Shown here: positions 38,219 through 50,796 of the stretch, piece by piece | Numbering within the stretch: position 1 is the first letter of the stretch | Layout of the letters: the number at the start of each line of letters is the position of its first letter | Assembly: GCA_047495785.1 (NCBI GenBank) | Contig: JBLDXI010000034.1 | Coordinates: 620,001 to 684,000 of the forward strand | Reading direction: 5' to 3' | DNA length: 64,000 nucleotides | Source of the DNA: Lepidodermella squamata | Taxonomy: Eukaryota > Animalia > Gastrotricha | Translations under genes and position numbers: made by a program | Notes under the pieces: model-generated | The model's input: the letters and a program-made list of their open reading frames with translations, nothing else | Databases searched by the model: none | Told to the model about the DNA's origin: nothing

Positions 38219-38469
38219 GCAGGGCTGCAAAACATGCAAAAATGGCGCACTGGGTGCGCGGGAAATTTTGCCGCACAGCGGGGAATTTTTGGGAAATTTC
38301 GTCTTGGAAAATTCAAAAAAACACCGGGAAATTTGGAAAAAAATTACCGGGAAGTATTAGAAAATACAATTTCCGAGGGGGAACTCGTATTTTTCTAGCC
38401 CATCGAATATTTAAAATCGAAGGAAATTTAAAATTGTTCTTTTAGCTCGGATATTATGAAAAAAATAAA

Positions 38470-38894
38470 GTTTTTGACAATGAGGAATTTCACAAAACAA
38501 ATTAGATATTCGGATTCAGCGCGAAAAGTTGAGTTAAATAGCATATTTGCGCGCGGCCACGATTAAAAATGGGGAAACCATTGAGGGAATAAATCTCAAT
38601 TTCGTTAGTGCGCGCGCGCGTGTGTGTGTGTGTGTGTGTGTGTGTGCTTTTGTGTGGTGTGCGTTGCGCGCGCACAACCTCTCGCGCTTTACTACACCTT
38701 TCGACTTGGAGAGAGCAGATTTGAGAACACTCGCGCTGTTTTATTAGGCGCGCGCACACACACAGTTAAACTTTTCTACCGCATTTCTTCTTCATTTTGG
38801 AAGATAAACGTGCGCAAATTTGCACACTTGCCTAACTTTTTACGCTGAATCCGAATATCTAATTTGTTTTGTGAAATTCCTCATTGTCAAAAAC
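38470..38894. repeat. 52-bp perfect inverted repeat enclosing a (GC)n(GT)n microsatellite
   Basis: gtttttgacaatgagg...ggattcagcg (38470-38521) and its reverse complement (38843-38894); (GT)n at ~38620-38646. Confidence 0.75.
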
Positions 38895-39227
38895 TTCATT
38901 TTTGTCTTTTTGAGCCAAGTTTGTGCGATCAGTGTATAATTTTTTCCAAGCGCGCGCGTCGGGTTGCCCACGAAAACTGAGTCCTAACGCGTACAGTTAT
39001 TAATTTCTAATTCACAGTAACGCGATCACACGCAAATTTTAGTAAAATATCGCTAATAGTCTCCTGTAAAATCGCTCGAAACAAAAAAAAAAGAAGAAGC
39101 GTAATTTTAGCGTCCGAAATTATTTCCTCCTTTACATCGTGGACTGATTTGACGGGGCTGAAATAACGGGGAATTAGGTGGAATTATTTCAAGCGATTCC
39201 GTAAAGATTCGGACCATGGTGATAAAA

Positions 39228-39641
39228 TTTTAATAAGTGGGGATGCATTGCTTATTCGTCACCTCCGAAAATGTCGCCAAAAAGAAAAACTTTATATTGC
39301 TTGAAAGTTTACTCCACATTATATAGTCTGAAAAATGAAATTTTTGTTCTGATTTGACTAAGCGCTTCACATCGGGCTGATTTGACCCGGCTGAAATGGC
39401 GGCACTCAACAACATACGCTAACAGCGCGGATTTGCAATATTTCCCGCTGATTTCCTATTTGAAATTTTGAAAATTTAACCGATGGAAACTTAACGACCC
39501 TCATCAATACCGACTGAAATTTCAGTTGGCCAAAGGCCAATTTATTCAACCTGTCAAAATATTACCGATTCTATTGATTTCTCAGGTCGCCAGAGCAGTT
39601 ACACAGCTAACCATTTCTTTATTGATTTAATCTAATAACAA
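39228..39641 (+). repeat. Family X internal copy
   Basis: Aligns by eye with 37010-37418. Confidence 0.8.
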
Positions 39642-40323
39642 GATAGGTATCCGGCATTCAATTTTCCGGCAGACTGGCGAGAAGTCGCCCGAATTTGTCG
39701 CCCTTAACAGCCATTTTTCATTCACAATTCGTCTTGGGATGAGCTCCTGGATTGCCACGGTGAGCCAAGCTTCACATCAAAAACCCGGAAGCCGAAATAC
39801 TGGAGAATGAGCAGCAACCTCAACTATGACCTTTTCGGCATTGGAACAAGCCTAGCACAAAAAGCGATTATTTACCATGGTCGGAAGGCATTTGATAGAG
39901 ATATCGAAAGGGGACGAAAGCTGTTTTAGACGGCTACGAAGCAAAATGGCCTTGGAAGATGTACTATCGAAAAATTCGCACAAAAAAGTACCAGTGGAAT
40001 TCCCTCGAAACTGGGGAAGTCCCCTCTTCCACTCCCTTAACCTTTGATGGGTGACATGGTTGAGATGCTGAAGAGCGAAATTATACCGAGGTCAAATACC
40101 TAGAAGATTTTAGATCTTCCTCATCAGCCGTGGAATGGCAAGCGATCCGACAAGTGTGCAATATTTGAGAGCTTCAATGGTAGTAAACATTCAGTGCCTT
40201 ATGATTCGGATTTTGATGATTGAATAAAAGAGCATTGTGATTTGCAATTTTTTTGGAAAGTTTAGCCCGAATTTAAATGTGAGAAAACGTTGGGTTTAAA
40301 ATCATTGGTAGCATCCTCTCAAA

Positions 40324-42822
40324 GGTAAAGTGTCAGTTCATACATGGCATTTCGTATCGACCCATATCGACCATGTGCTCCATCGCTGTGGGAAAAATCT
40401 GTCGTGGTTCCGCTCGGTTGTTAGCCGGCCAGGGCTGTCCTTCCGGTGGCGCCGCACCGCATACCTGGCGCTCGCCCGTTCCATCGCCACCTTCGGCTTC
40501 GTTTCCTTTGCGTCTGCTGCGAAGACGCAGCTCCGCCGCCTAGACGTGCTTCAGAATAACTGTCTGCGCGCCATTCTCCATGTCCGTCTCGATGATCGCG
40601 TTCGTGTTAGTGCGCTGGAGCAGCGCTGTCGCCTGCCCAGTCTGTCCTCGCACTTACAAGCCGTCCAGTGCCGCTATGCCGAAAACGTCGTCCGCTTTGT
40701 GCTGCCGCTTCGCGATGACATCGAGAATGTTCGGCTTTCCGCGTCGCCGCCTGTGAAGTCGCCTGTCTTCCTTCTCAACGCTCGCCTGCCGCCCGGCCCG
40801 CTCCCTGTCCCACAATGTTAGTCTCTCTCCTCTTTTATCTTCCCCTTCCTGCTTATTTCCTTGTTTCTTCTTCTCCCGTCCTCTACCTTCCGTCTCTGCT
40901 GTCCTACCACTAATCACTAGCCTTCTGTCTTCTGCTGTGTCTGATAATTCCGCTCCTTGTGATAATTTCAGTATGTGCCCGTCCGGTGTTATGAGTGGCG
41001 CACTGTCCCGGACAAGCGCCTTTTCGTGCTGTGCCTGCGCCTTTTTTCTTACCTTCCAAATTGTATATTTTCGTTGTAATGGTTCCACAGACCATTGTCG
41101 TGTACCCATTTCAAAATCGCTTGGCAGTAATGGAAATGGCAGCCGGCGATCTCACACATGAATACCAAGAACAGCGCGTTCATCATAGCCAGCTCGTAGT
41201 CAGTAGTCACCACAGGTTGAGTAATCGCAGGAACCAACTTCAGCTTTTCATCTCGAAGATAGCTGAAAACGCGAAGGTAAAGATCTTGCGACTTGTTAGT
41301 CATGAGAATATAACAAGCTGGAACGGCGAACTTATTCTTGATTAAAGTCAAGAAAACGAGAAGTTGGTAAAAAATAACGGGCACGCATTTGAAGGTACCA
41401 TCGACAAATGATCTCGTAGACTGGGCCATTCTGACCAATGCTGAATCAGTGGTGTAGACCGCGATAGCCCCGGGAACCTTGATGTCCCGAACGACCTCGA
41501 AATGGCGAAGAAACAACTGTTTTCTACTGTTGAAACGATATAGCTGAACCTTATCTTGACCAGAGCCGAGCTGCTCGAACCATATAACGACTAACGACAG
41601 TTTTTGGCCGTTTCGGCTGGTACATGTCGAAATGGCGATACAAAGTGCGCTTACAATTTTCGTAATTGGGAATTGAACTGACGAGCTTCAGGCGTTCCAA
41701 GCCATGATCCTCTCCCATGTCAAGGAAGTTCCCTACCAGCTCTTTGTAGATATCATGAACTGTTCGGCCTCGAGTTTTCTTAATCTCATACTTAATTGTG
41801 CTCATGACGACGTAGCCGAGACCTTCATAAAAGTTAGCGATATCTTCGTGTTGGCCTTCTACTCCGACCACCTCAGTTCCATCCGCGTTCAAAACCAGAC
41901 ACGCTTTCTTGCAACGTAAACAGCGATAGCCGCGATCTTCAACCCAGTTGTAGAGATGCCCTTTGCTGAAACAAACTTTTCCGCCCGGAGTGCTTTCGAC
42001 GAAAAAGTTGGGGAGATCCTCTTTCTTCTTCTTGGCAGCTACGGCAGCTACGGAAGAAACTGGCTAGGAAACTTGGGGCAGCTGGACTTGCACTGCATTC
42101 ACTTGCTGGCTGGGCTGAATGAATGAATTCCACCTTAAAAATTGTTGGAATTGTTGAAACATAGGCACTGATGAGATATCGGGCGCCGGTCGAATTGGGG
42201 TCGAAGAAATGCCGATTTCAAACTGGTTCACCAACGAAGCCTCCAAAACAGAAGACGCTGCAGAATTATCTGTCTCCGTAGAGCTAGCAATTGAAGTTTG
42301 CCTGCTGATTGACGGCGTAGATGATGAAGAAGGAGGCTTAGGGCCTAATTAGAAGTTGATCCTTATTATATGGAATAATTACACACCATATTATATACCT
42401 TTATGCATCTTAGACTTGTGGATTTTCATCCCATGCTCCGTGGGGCATTCTTAACCGCAAACATCGCAAACGATTAACAGAGGCAATAGCTGCCTTAATA
42501 GCGCGAAAAACATGCTTTAAACGTGATAACTTTAAGTTAATCTGAAGATTTATAAGTGATTTGTGGCTTTACAGCCGTTGATAGCACGCGACTGCCACAC
42601 ACCTCCCGCCGCTTGGTACGAAATGATCACCATTTTCAGTTTCATTTATAATGATATTTGGACCGTATGAAAAAGTCACGATTTTCGATAATATTTTTGA
42701 AAAATCCCTTGTCTGAAATGACACCGTACGAAACGGTCACGATATGAAATAAAACTGGTTGAAATAGTAACTTTACGAAATGATCACGTATAAAATGCCA
42801 TGTATGAACTGACACTGAATCC
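40324..42822 (-). mobile_element. MULE transposon, disrupted
   Basis: TIR agtgtcagttcatacatggcattt at both ends; flanks ctctcaaa/ctctaaaa; FVDGTF, TTDYE, GCHFHYCQA in 41049-41516; C2H2 CDVC..HKSKMH near 42400-42470. Confidence 0.82.
40355..41045 (+). mobile_element. LINE (Jockey/I-like) 3' fragment nested in the MULE
   Basis: HIDHV...AYLALARSIATFG...RLDVLQNNCLRAIL post-RT motifs, followed by a pyrimidine-rich 3' UTR. Confidence 0.7.
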
Positions 42823-43395
42823 TCTAAAAAGTGTTGCTCTATAAGCTCCTTACTACAGTGATCAGCAAGAAATAAGTAAGTATTTCTGAACACAGCGATC
42901 ATGATCAAGATGAATGAACAGTACCAAAGAATACCATATACCATATACTGTACGTACATAAAGTCTCTCTCCTGTACTGTAAGTACAGTAATTGAGCCGT
43001 ACGCATGAGTAAAGTACAACCCGATCTCTAAAGTACTCAGCAGTACGGTCAGGCGTGCTGTATTTGGGCTTACAGCTAGTTTCAGCTGTGCAGGGAGTAC
43101 AGGGCGCCGGCCCTACTTGATTTTTCAGCCCGTTTAAGCAGTACTGCTGAACAAAAACAAATAGGCAGAGGGCTGGTTCTTCCGCGACACGAGCGATAAA
43201 ACACCGAATGCAAGTCTTCTTAACGATCTCTAGCAATGTGTTCTAGCTAGCTAGTATTGTGAGTACTTAAGCTCTCCATTTGCCAGTGACCAGTGTTCAG
43301 TTCATTTTCAATGAATAAATCATTAAGGGTAGCAGCTGACTGCTTATGTTCCCGTGACATATTCTGACTCAATAATTAAGGCCAAGGATCCATAC

Positions 43396-43432
43396 ACCGA
43401 CGCGTTTCGGCTTTTATTGTCATCTTCAGGGT
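43396..43432 (-). ncRNA. Minimal type I hammerhead ribozyme (Penelope-like)
   Basis: Minus strand ACC-CUGAAGA-U-GAC aauaaaa GCC-GAAA-CGCG-UC-GGU; lies within a 21-bp inverted repeat 43378-43398 / 43490-43510. Confidence 0.75.
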
Positions 43433-43647
43433 CTAACGTCTAACAAAGAAATTTACAACATCAATTTAAGCTAATTTCAGATGTATGGAGGTGTATGGAT
43501 CATTGGCCTTGATTTTTGAAGTATTATCTACTATGATATCGCTATACCATCAAAAAATCCGCTTCAAATTCTGAATCAAGGGTAAAAGCCCCTAATTCTG
43601 CAGTTTCTGACACACTTCACTCTCAGCCACTCTCAGCCGCACAGTAT

Positions 43648-44244
43648 GGTTTGGTTACTTTTCCGCTTTTTAAGTTCCGCTATTTCATTTCCGCTACATT
43701 TTTTTCCGCCGACGGCCATTTCCGCTATTGCGTTTTCCGCTATTTCCATTTCCGCCATAGTATGAGTTCCGCCATGTACATTTCCGCTATAACACACTTC
43801 CGCTATCAAGAGTTCCGCCAAATGACAGTTCCGCTATGCACGTTTTCCGCCTCCAATTCTTTCCGCCAAGGTGATTTTTCAGCTCTTCATTTTAATGATT
43901 ATATCATTTCAACCAAAAAGCCACTGAAAGGAGAAGAAGGTGTTGAAAACTTCTAACAGATATAGAGGTTTCTCTTTCGTAGTGAAACCGTTCAGTCGGC
44001 TCGGTCATTAGAATTTAGAAAAGTTGATATGAGAGCCAAAAAGCGGAAGTGCAATAAAGCGGAAACGACCTTTAGCGGAAATGTTGTTGGCGGAAATCAA
44101 CATAGGCGGAAAACTGATTGGCGGAAATATCACTGGCGGAAGTGTACTTGTAGCGGAAAACACATCAAGCGGAAATGAACATAGCGGAAAAAAATTCGGC
44201 GGAACTGAAATAGCGGAACTTAAAAAGCGGAAAAGTAACCATAC
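43648..44244. mobile_element. MULE-type foldback MITE
   Basis: Arms of TTCCGC / GCGGAA repeats; 9-bp TSD GCACAGTAT (43639-47 / 44245-53). Confidence 0.88.
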
Positions 44245-44579
44245 GCACAGTATCAAGGCCGTCGATGCCAACCAAACTAGCGTTTAACCACTTGTAGCCA
44301 ACAAAATTATCTTAAAAATGAGGGCTCAGTTGTCAAAACATTTCTCACCGTTGCGGAGAAATCGTAAAGTGCGTGCGAAAACTCAAAATTATGCAGTTTG
44401 GGATACCTCCCCCGTACAATTCATAGCCATTTAAAATTGACCCCCAAGCTGCATAACCCCACTAGCATGCGTTCATTACATTATTTCTTTGCTTTGGTCC
44501 TTTCTTATCTTTTTGTTCCTTGCGTGGTGAGAACTCACTAAGGAAATAAACATTTATCGCCAGTTTTATCTACTGAATA

Positions 44580-44754
44580 GCGGGGTGGGCGACAGAACGA
44601 CCTGAATAAAATAGAAACAAATGGCGGAAAACTATTTTTGCATCTCCACTAAGTCAGTCACATGCCAGAAAAATGAGCGCCAGTTTTTTTATGCATAAAA
44701 AACGTTACGCCATTTGTTCCTATTGTAGGCAGGTCGTTCTGTGGTCCACCCCGC
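44580..44754. mobile_element. MITE with ~45-bp imperfect TIRs
   Basis: gcggggtgggcgacagaacgacctg / caggtcgttctgtggtccaccccgc. Confidence 0.7.
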
Positions 44755-44935
44755 GATATGTAGCAATTTTCGTGATAGATAAAACACTTTCGTGAGAACT
44801 TGAGATACAAGACATATTTTTGATAAAGCTATAAGAATGGTTTGTTGAAAGGGCCGAAGTTCTGCTGATAATTAGCTTTTTAGTAACAACTGTCAACTGT
44901 GACTATACGCAGGAATAAAAGTAAAATTGACAGAC

Positions 44936-47900
44936 ATGTCACATTTGAGATTTAGTTGCGATGGTTGTGGTTGCAAGCCCATCGTAGGTGACCGTTACCA
45001 TTGCCTCGAGTGTCCAGATTACGATCTTTGTGAAAACTGTTTTGCGAAAAGGAACCACGGTGCTTCCAATAGAAATCACTCAGAAACGCATAGTGTTTCT
45101 CTGGTTCCACTAATGAATTGCGGCGGCTACCGTTCTTACCATGCCGCTCGCTGTGACGGCTGCCTCAGCAAACAATACCGAGGCAAACGTTACCGCTGTT
45201 TGCAATGCCGCTGTTTCAATTTGTGTGAGTTTTGTTACTCGATTGGCAACTACGGCATCAACGAAAGTTGCCACACCATAAAACACCGAATGCAAGTCTT
45301 CTTAACACAACTGGATCGGCGTAAGTTGTAACGTAATGCAAATGAGCTTAAAAATGTAGTTTTTGCATGAAATAGAAACCATTCCAAGTCATGTGTCTCT
45401 TGTGTGCGATGGATGCCAGACATGGTTCATGACAGGTCGTCCCTACTCGTGTTCGGTGTGTCCTTCTTACACTTTGTGCGAGAGATGCTTCGCAGCGAAC
45501 AATTTTACGAGTTATGACGGCGCCTCGAAAGGTTCAAACCATTCAAATGAACACAAGATGGATCAGTACAAAGCTCCCGGTTTATACCTTTCTAATGAAA
45601 ACTGAACGGTTTCTCTAAAAAATGTCGTTCATAGAACCGGCTACCAAGCACACTTACGAAACATGGAAAGCAATTGCAATTGCAACGCAAACAATGTTCG
45701 CGAAACCGTTTGCAAGTCGAAAATGGGACGTTATAGACTCGACAGTTGAAGAGGAATGGCTCAATTTAGGTCGTAAAATAGGTTTCGCTCTGTATAATGC
45801 GCCCACGATCGATCCCACAACTGAAACCGGGTGCCTCTTTGGTTATGAAAAAGAACAGGAACAATTGATCAAGGAGTTGCGCTCGAAGCTTCTCAAGCTC
45901 GCAAAGAGCCACAAGCAATCGCAAAAAATCTACGTTAATTTCATTTTCATCAGTCTTTGGCATAAAGACTTTGAAAACATGGTTATTTGTCATTCTGTCT
46001 CAATTTTACTGGACTCCAATTTTTTATTCACTTAAGGTTCCTTTGATACGAACCTTGAAATATACTGAAAATTCTCAAGATTTGAGCTACTTCGTGGATC
46101 CAACGGGAAGAACCTACGACGGCTGGAGCGATTTCTTGGATAAAAATAAACTGCCCGAATGCCTAATTTGCTACCCAAAGAGTAACGGGAATTTTTATCA
46201 TCGCTTTATCTCCGTTTATCGCCATTTATCCTCAGATGGCTGGTACACGTTTAACAGTAATAATGACTGCGAATTAGAGTTCGGTAAATCAGCAGAATTG
46301 GGCGCAGGTCGGCGAGTAGCAAAGGCTGGCGACATTGCTGCTACGGTAACTAGTGTCATTGGCATTGGCACGGCAGTCGTGGGCTTGTTTACACCGTTAG
46401 CACCTGCAGCAGCGACGTATATCGCGGCATCTGGTTAGCATTCGTTGTTATAGATTTTTGAGAAACGGCTGATGCTCGTTTGTCTTTTGAATAGCGATAG
46501 TTGGTGGATCTTACGGTGCCACCCGTACAATCTACAACATCTATGACCGCGACGCTCATCATCAATCGTGTAATCCGCTCAACAGCAGAGAAGCCTTCTT
46601 TTGCTGGTTTAGCCTTGTCGGAACAATGTTCGCTTTTTCCAGTATGGCTGCTACTGCGGTAATTTATTTCTGGATCATTTCTTCTGAGGCAATTTCGTTT
46701 TCGCGCAGCGCCTGGCTGCGTTGGGATCCAAGGGGCTTCAAATCGGTAGAACTGCTTCACTGCTGAGCAATACGGCAATTTTTGGCAACTTTGCGCTGTC
46801 CTCGGTTGGCGTCATTGCTGGCTTTACAAATGTGGTGATCAAAATGGAACGTGGTGAGCAAGTAACCGCGCTGGAAATTTTCCAGCTCAGCGCTAGTGTG
46901 CTGTTCTTAAGCAATCAAGCTGTCAACGTGCAATCCGCCAGCGAAATCATAAACGCTGTATGCTGATGATTATGTTAAATGCTCAGTCAAGATGTTTTCT
47001 TTATTTGCCTTTTAGAATCGACCGAGTGCGCAATTGAAGCTTATTGACGGTCAAAATGTGAACGGTGCCAACTCACCGTCAGTTACCAAAAGCGCTATGG
47101 ATGATCTCCAAGACATATTGAAGGCGAAAGGTACCATGCCGCCTGCACAGTTTGCGAAACAGGTTGTTGAAAAGCATCGAGCGGCGGTTGCTGAATCATG
47201 TGAGCCGTCATGCTAATAAAGAGAAACTAGGTTATTATGCGAAACTTTAACAGCTGCCAGTTTTTCAGCTTCGCCAGCTTTTCCTCCGAACACAGTTCCC
47301 AAAAATGCTCCGCCAACTCAGACTGGTAACTTAGCTATTAGACCTGAACAGCGATCAATCGGCGGACTGGTACCAAGGAACCAATCAATCTACCCGCAAA
47401 ATCTGTTGCCATTGTCTTTGCCAAGTGAAGCGCAACAACAGGCTTACATTAACTTGATCCGTCCCTTTTTGACCAAAGAACAGAACTATGCTCTTGACCA
47501 AGTCATAAACCATAAGATTCAACTCAGCAGTAGTGAGTTATGTAAGTAAACTCTCATTTGCTTCTTCCAATTACATTCCTAATTGTCGTAAACCTTTCAT
47601 TGCTTCAATAGCCGGTCTCTTAGAGACTATTGAAGCTATCAACGCGTGCATTACGGAGTACAGCTGGGCGCCCCTGTTCAGCGACTACGTCGACCTGCCC
47701 GATTTCATCGCTGGCGATAATACATTATTTTCGGGTGTTGGAGGCCCTTCGGTGGAATTCACAATTCGCCATGGTAACACAAAAATAGGCGTGGACCACA
47801 TTCTTGAAGGTCACGCCGAACAATTTAGACAACATGGCTACACGCCTGATGCCAACGGAGTCGTTAAAGCCCTTCGCGATCACTTGAAACCTGAAAACTT

Positions 47901-48165
47901 TATTGGTCCGCACGATATCTTGTCATTTGAGAGAACGTACTGGAAAACAAACAACGATGATAAAGTCAGTGTTTTTTCTTACGAAGTATCCCATGCTGTT
48001 GACACGTAGTATTTTTCATAGATTTTGGCTGTTGTCACTACTAGAACTCGCAGCTCTCGATTGGCACGTGATTTTGAGACTCTCAAGTTTGAAGTAGTTA
48101 CCGCTTTCTTTACGTCACCTTCAAAAGTTCCCCATTTCAAGAAAATCAAAGATTGCCAACAGTAA
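44936..48165 (+). CDS. 3x ZZ zinc finger + DUF4781-like + putative BECR-like C-terminal domain (11 exons, ~886 aa)
   Basis: Exons 44936-45320, 45376-45579, 45635-45981, 46037-46181, 46236-46433, 46495-46658, 46709-46957, 47016-47199, 47254-47541, 47612-47964, 48022-48165 join without stops (2661 nt). CDGC..RYxC..CxDYDLC x3; FVDPTGRTY..W..F...NKLP..CYPKNG, DRDAHHQS, EIFQLSASVLF. Confidence 0.85.
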
Positions 48166-49136
48166 CTAGGAAGTAGGACTTATTGACTTGACTTGACTTG
48201 ACGCGTGACTTGACTGTGCCTTAATTAACCAAGTCACTTCAAGTCACTGCGTGACATGATGTGTGACTTGGCTCATGCCACCTGTTATTTGGTATATTAT
48301 GATTTTTCTGATATACAATCAAATTCATTTCAGGCTAAATCGAAGTAATAGACTAAATCAGCGTATTTCTTGCGCAAAATGTGCAGGGGGTCAGGGTATA
48401 ATACCGATCAGGGTATAATATATAGAAACCGGTTTAAACCGGCGAAAAAACCCGGTTTGATATGAAAAAAACACTGAAAGGTATTATTTAACATAGCGAA
48501 AGCTTGCTAGCCCTTAGTCCTAAAGAGATTTTTATCGACATTAATTAGCCGCAGGGTTTTATCCAGCTTTTTGTCTGAGGGGATGGGTACGAAATTGAGG
48601 GGTTTTGGAGGTTACAAAATACGGCGCGGATAATCGCATTTTCCCCCTATATTTCTATCATATTACATTATTTTAGGAGAGAAATAGCGAGCTGTTTCAC
48701 TTTTCTTCGTGTTGTGCGGCTTTTTATTCGAGTGTGCAGTATGCGCGCTCAAATTTGTCGCTCAAAATGCGCCACGCAATAACGGTTACGCAACCAGCAT
48801 TAGTGCGCGCGCTCATTATCGTATTCACACGCTAAATTCGAATATGCAAATTAACATAATAGTGCTGGTTTAACTGTTTCGAGAAGGTCGACTAAAGAAA
48901 ATACATAATATCATAAACTGCGTAAAGTTCTATTAAGGCTGACGCCCCTACGGGATCAGTCATAAATCGCACAATACTATTACTAGCTCTAAAATTTAGG
49001 GGATGACCGCTCGATTTGAGGGGATGGCTGGATAAATCTCTGATTGGCCGTTATAAAATGTGTGAATCGAGTATTATTTCAGAAAATCGCTAATGAACGA
49101 TTTAAACGATGATATAACGATCGATCCAGTTTAATG

Positions 49137-49473
49137 ACATTGTGGAACCGCTTAGAAGTTGAACTTTGGCGCGCACGCTGATTGGTCAATTGATCGTTGC
49201 TAATGACTCCGGAATGAAACATTTCCGTCGTGCGATCCACTAATAAAGTATTTTTTATTTATGCAAAAAATGACCGTGCAACACCCTCTGGTTTCCATTG
49301 ACCCCGAGCGTAAACTCCATATTAATCGTGGCAAATTACTGCGGCAAAAAACACTTGTTGCAAAAACTTTTATGGATCGCACGACAGAACGTTTCATCCG
49401 GGAGTCATAGCAACGATCGATTGACCAATCAGCGTGCGCGTCAGGATTGGACTTTGAAGTGGTTCCACAATGT
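49137..49473. mobile_element. Palindromic MITE, ~100-bp imperfect arms
   Basis: acattgtggaacc...gcgcgcacgctgattggtcaat / attgaccaatcagcgtgcgcg...ggttccacaatgt. Confidence 0.8.
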
Positions 49474-49865
49474 GAACTAAAATCATATCCAAATTGTCTT
49501 AATTTTTTTTTAATTTGTAAAGTTGATTAGGTATTGCGATTTTGAAATAATTTGAACAATAAACAGTATGCGATGACGGAAATGTTGAGGTGATTCTCGG
49601 CAGCGTAAATTTTAAGCTTCATATTTGAACGCTCGATGTTTAGTCTTTTCTCACCAGCCACGCCACGAGGATTGTGCAACAATGTATTTGCACTGTTTAT
49701 TGCATCGTGTTTTCGTTGCACATACACACACTCACATAACACTATGCACAACACTATTGCCGCCACGTGCATTCCGCCCTATACAAATTTAGTATAACGC
49801 CTTAGATGTGGTTTTAGACAGCAGGCGGATTTTAGGGCGCAACGGCCTTTAAGGCGTTGTACTTT

Positions 49866-50796
49866 TTAATACGTGTCTGAAATTAAATCGGCTGAGCAGG
49901 ACAGATCAATTTACGAGATGTATTTTTGGACGCGTCCAAGAAACGGCTCTCACAAAATGATACCGGCTTATTTTAAAAGTGGTCACCGTCGATTGTTTCC
50001 ATGTTTTCAATCACCATGTCCGAGTGGTCTATAATTAAGACAAAGTTAAGCAGGCGGCATGTCGGTCTAGTGATAATGAAAAGCCCGCGCTTGACTTTTC
50101 TAGTCATCTCATTTGGCGTTTATTAATTTTGAATGCTACTAGCTATTTTTCTCAAATTTTGGCATTCAAATTTCGTTAAACATGGAGCGTTGTCAGGTCA
50201 TTGAAAGTGACCAAGATTTGGAACTGAAGTAAGTTTAACTTTTTTCAAGCGTTTTCAGCAAAATCGATAGGCCTTATTTTGCTCAAATCAATGATTTCTT
50301 AATTTCGCAATATTATTTGCCTGATTTCAACAATTTTTGGAAATTTATCAGCGTTATTTTGCGCCGGTAAATTTTGATTTGTTGATTTATCGAAATTCTG
50401 CGGTACTGCGGTACATTGTAGCTGCATTGAGGGCTATGAGCTTATTTCCCTTATGGGCTGATTTTCGTATACCCTATTGATTTGTGATTTGATTCTTAGT
50501 TTGCCAAAATTCCATTTCGCGCGTAAATAGTTGTCCAAACCCCACTTTTCATTTTCACTAATCGCATCAGCTGCTTCTTGTCAAAACATCTGGGTAAAAT
50601 AAGCTTTTTTCGAGATGTTTTGGGCTCTAAGACAGCGTGTCCGACACAATGATGGATTAATTTCAGGCAGGCCGATTTTTGAAGTCAGGAAGGCAGGACA
50701 TCAAAAAATCGGCCTGCCTGAAATAAATCCATCATTGAGCAGGACGCACTGTCTGAAATTGGAGCGAAGGCGGATTTTATTTCAGACATGTATTAA
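49866..50796. mobile_element. Non-autonomous TIR element with internal hairpin 50630-50754
   Basis: ttaatacgtgtctgaaattaaatc / gattttatttcagacatgtattaa. Confidence 0.55.

Noticed and set aside
38967-38985. CCACGAAAA as the right half of the interrupted hammerhead / Copia TSD
   Set aside because: No 3' LTR precedes it and stems I and III cannot be formed; likely chance.
43648-44244. CRISPR-like array or repeat-protein ORFs
   Set aside because: Short 6-bp units on inverted arms with a 9-bp TSD; eukaryotic context, no cas genes.
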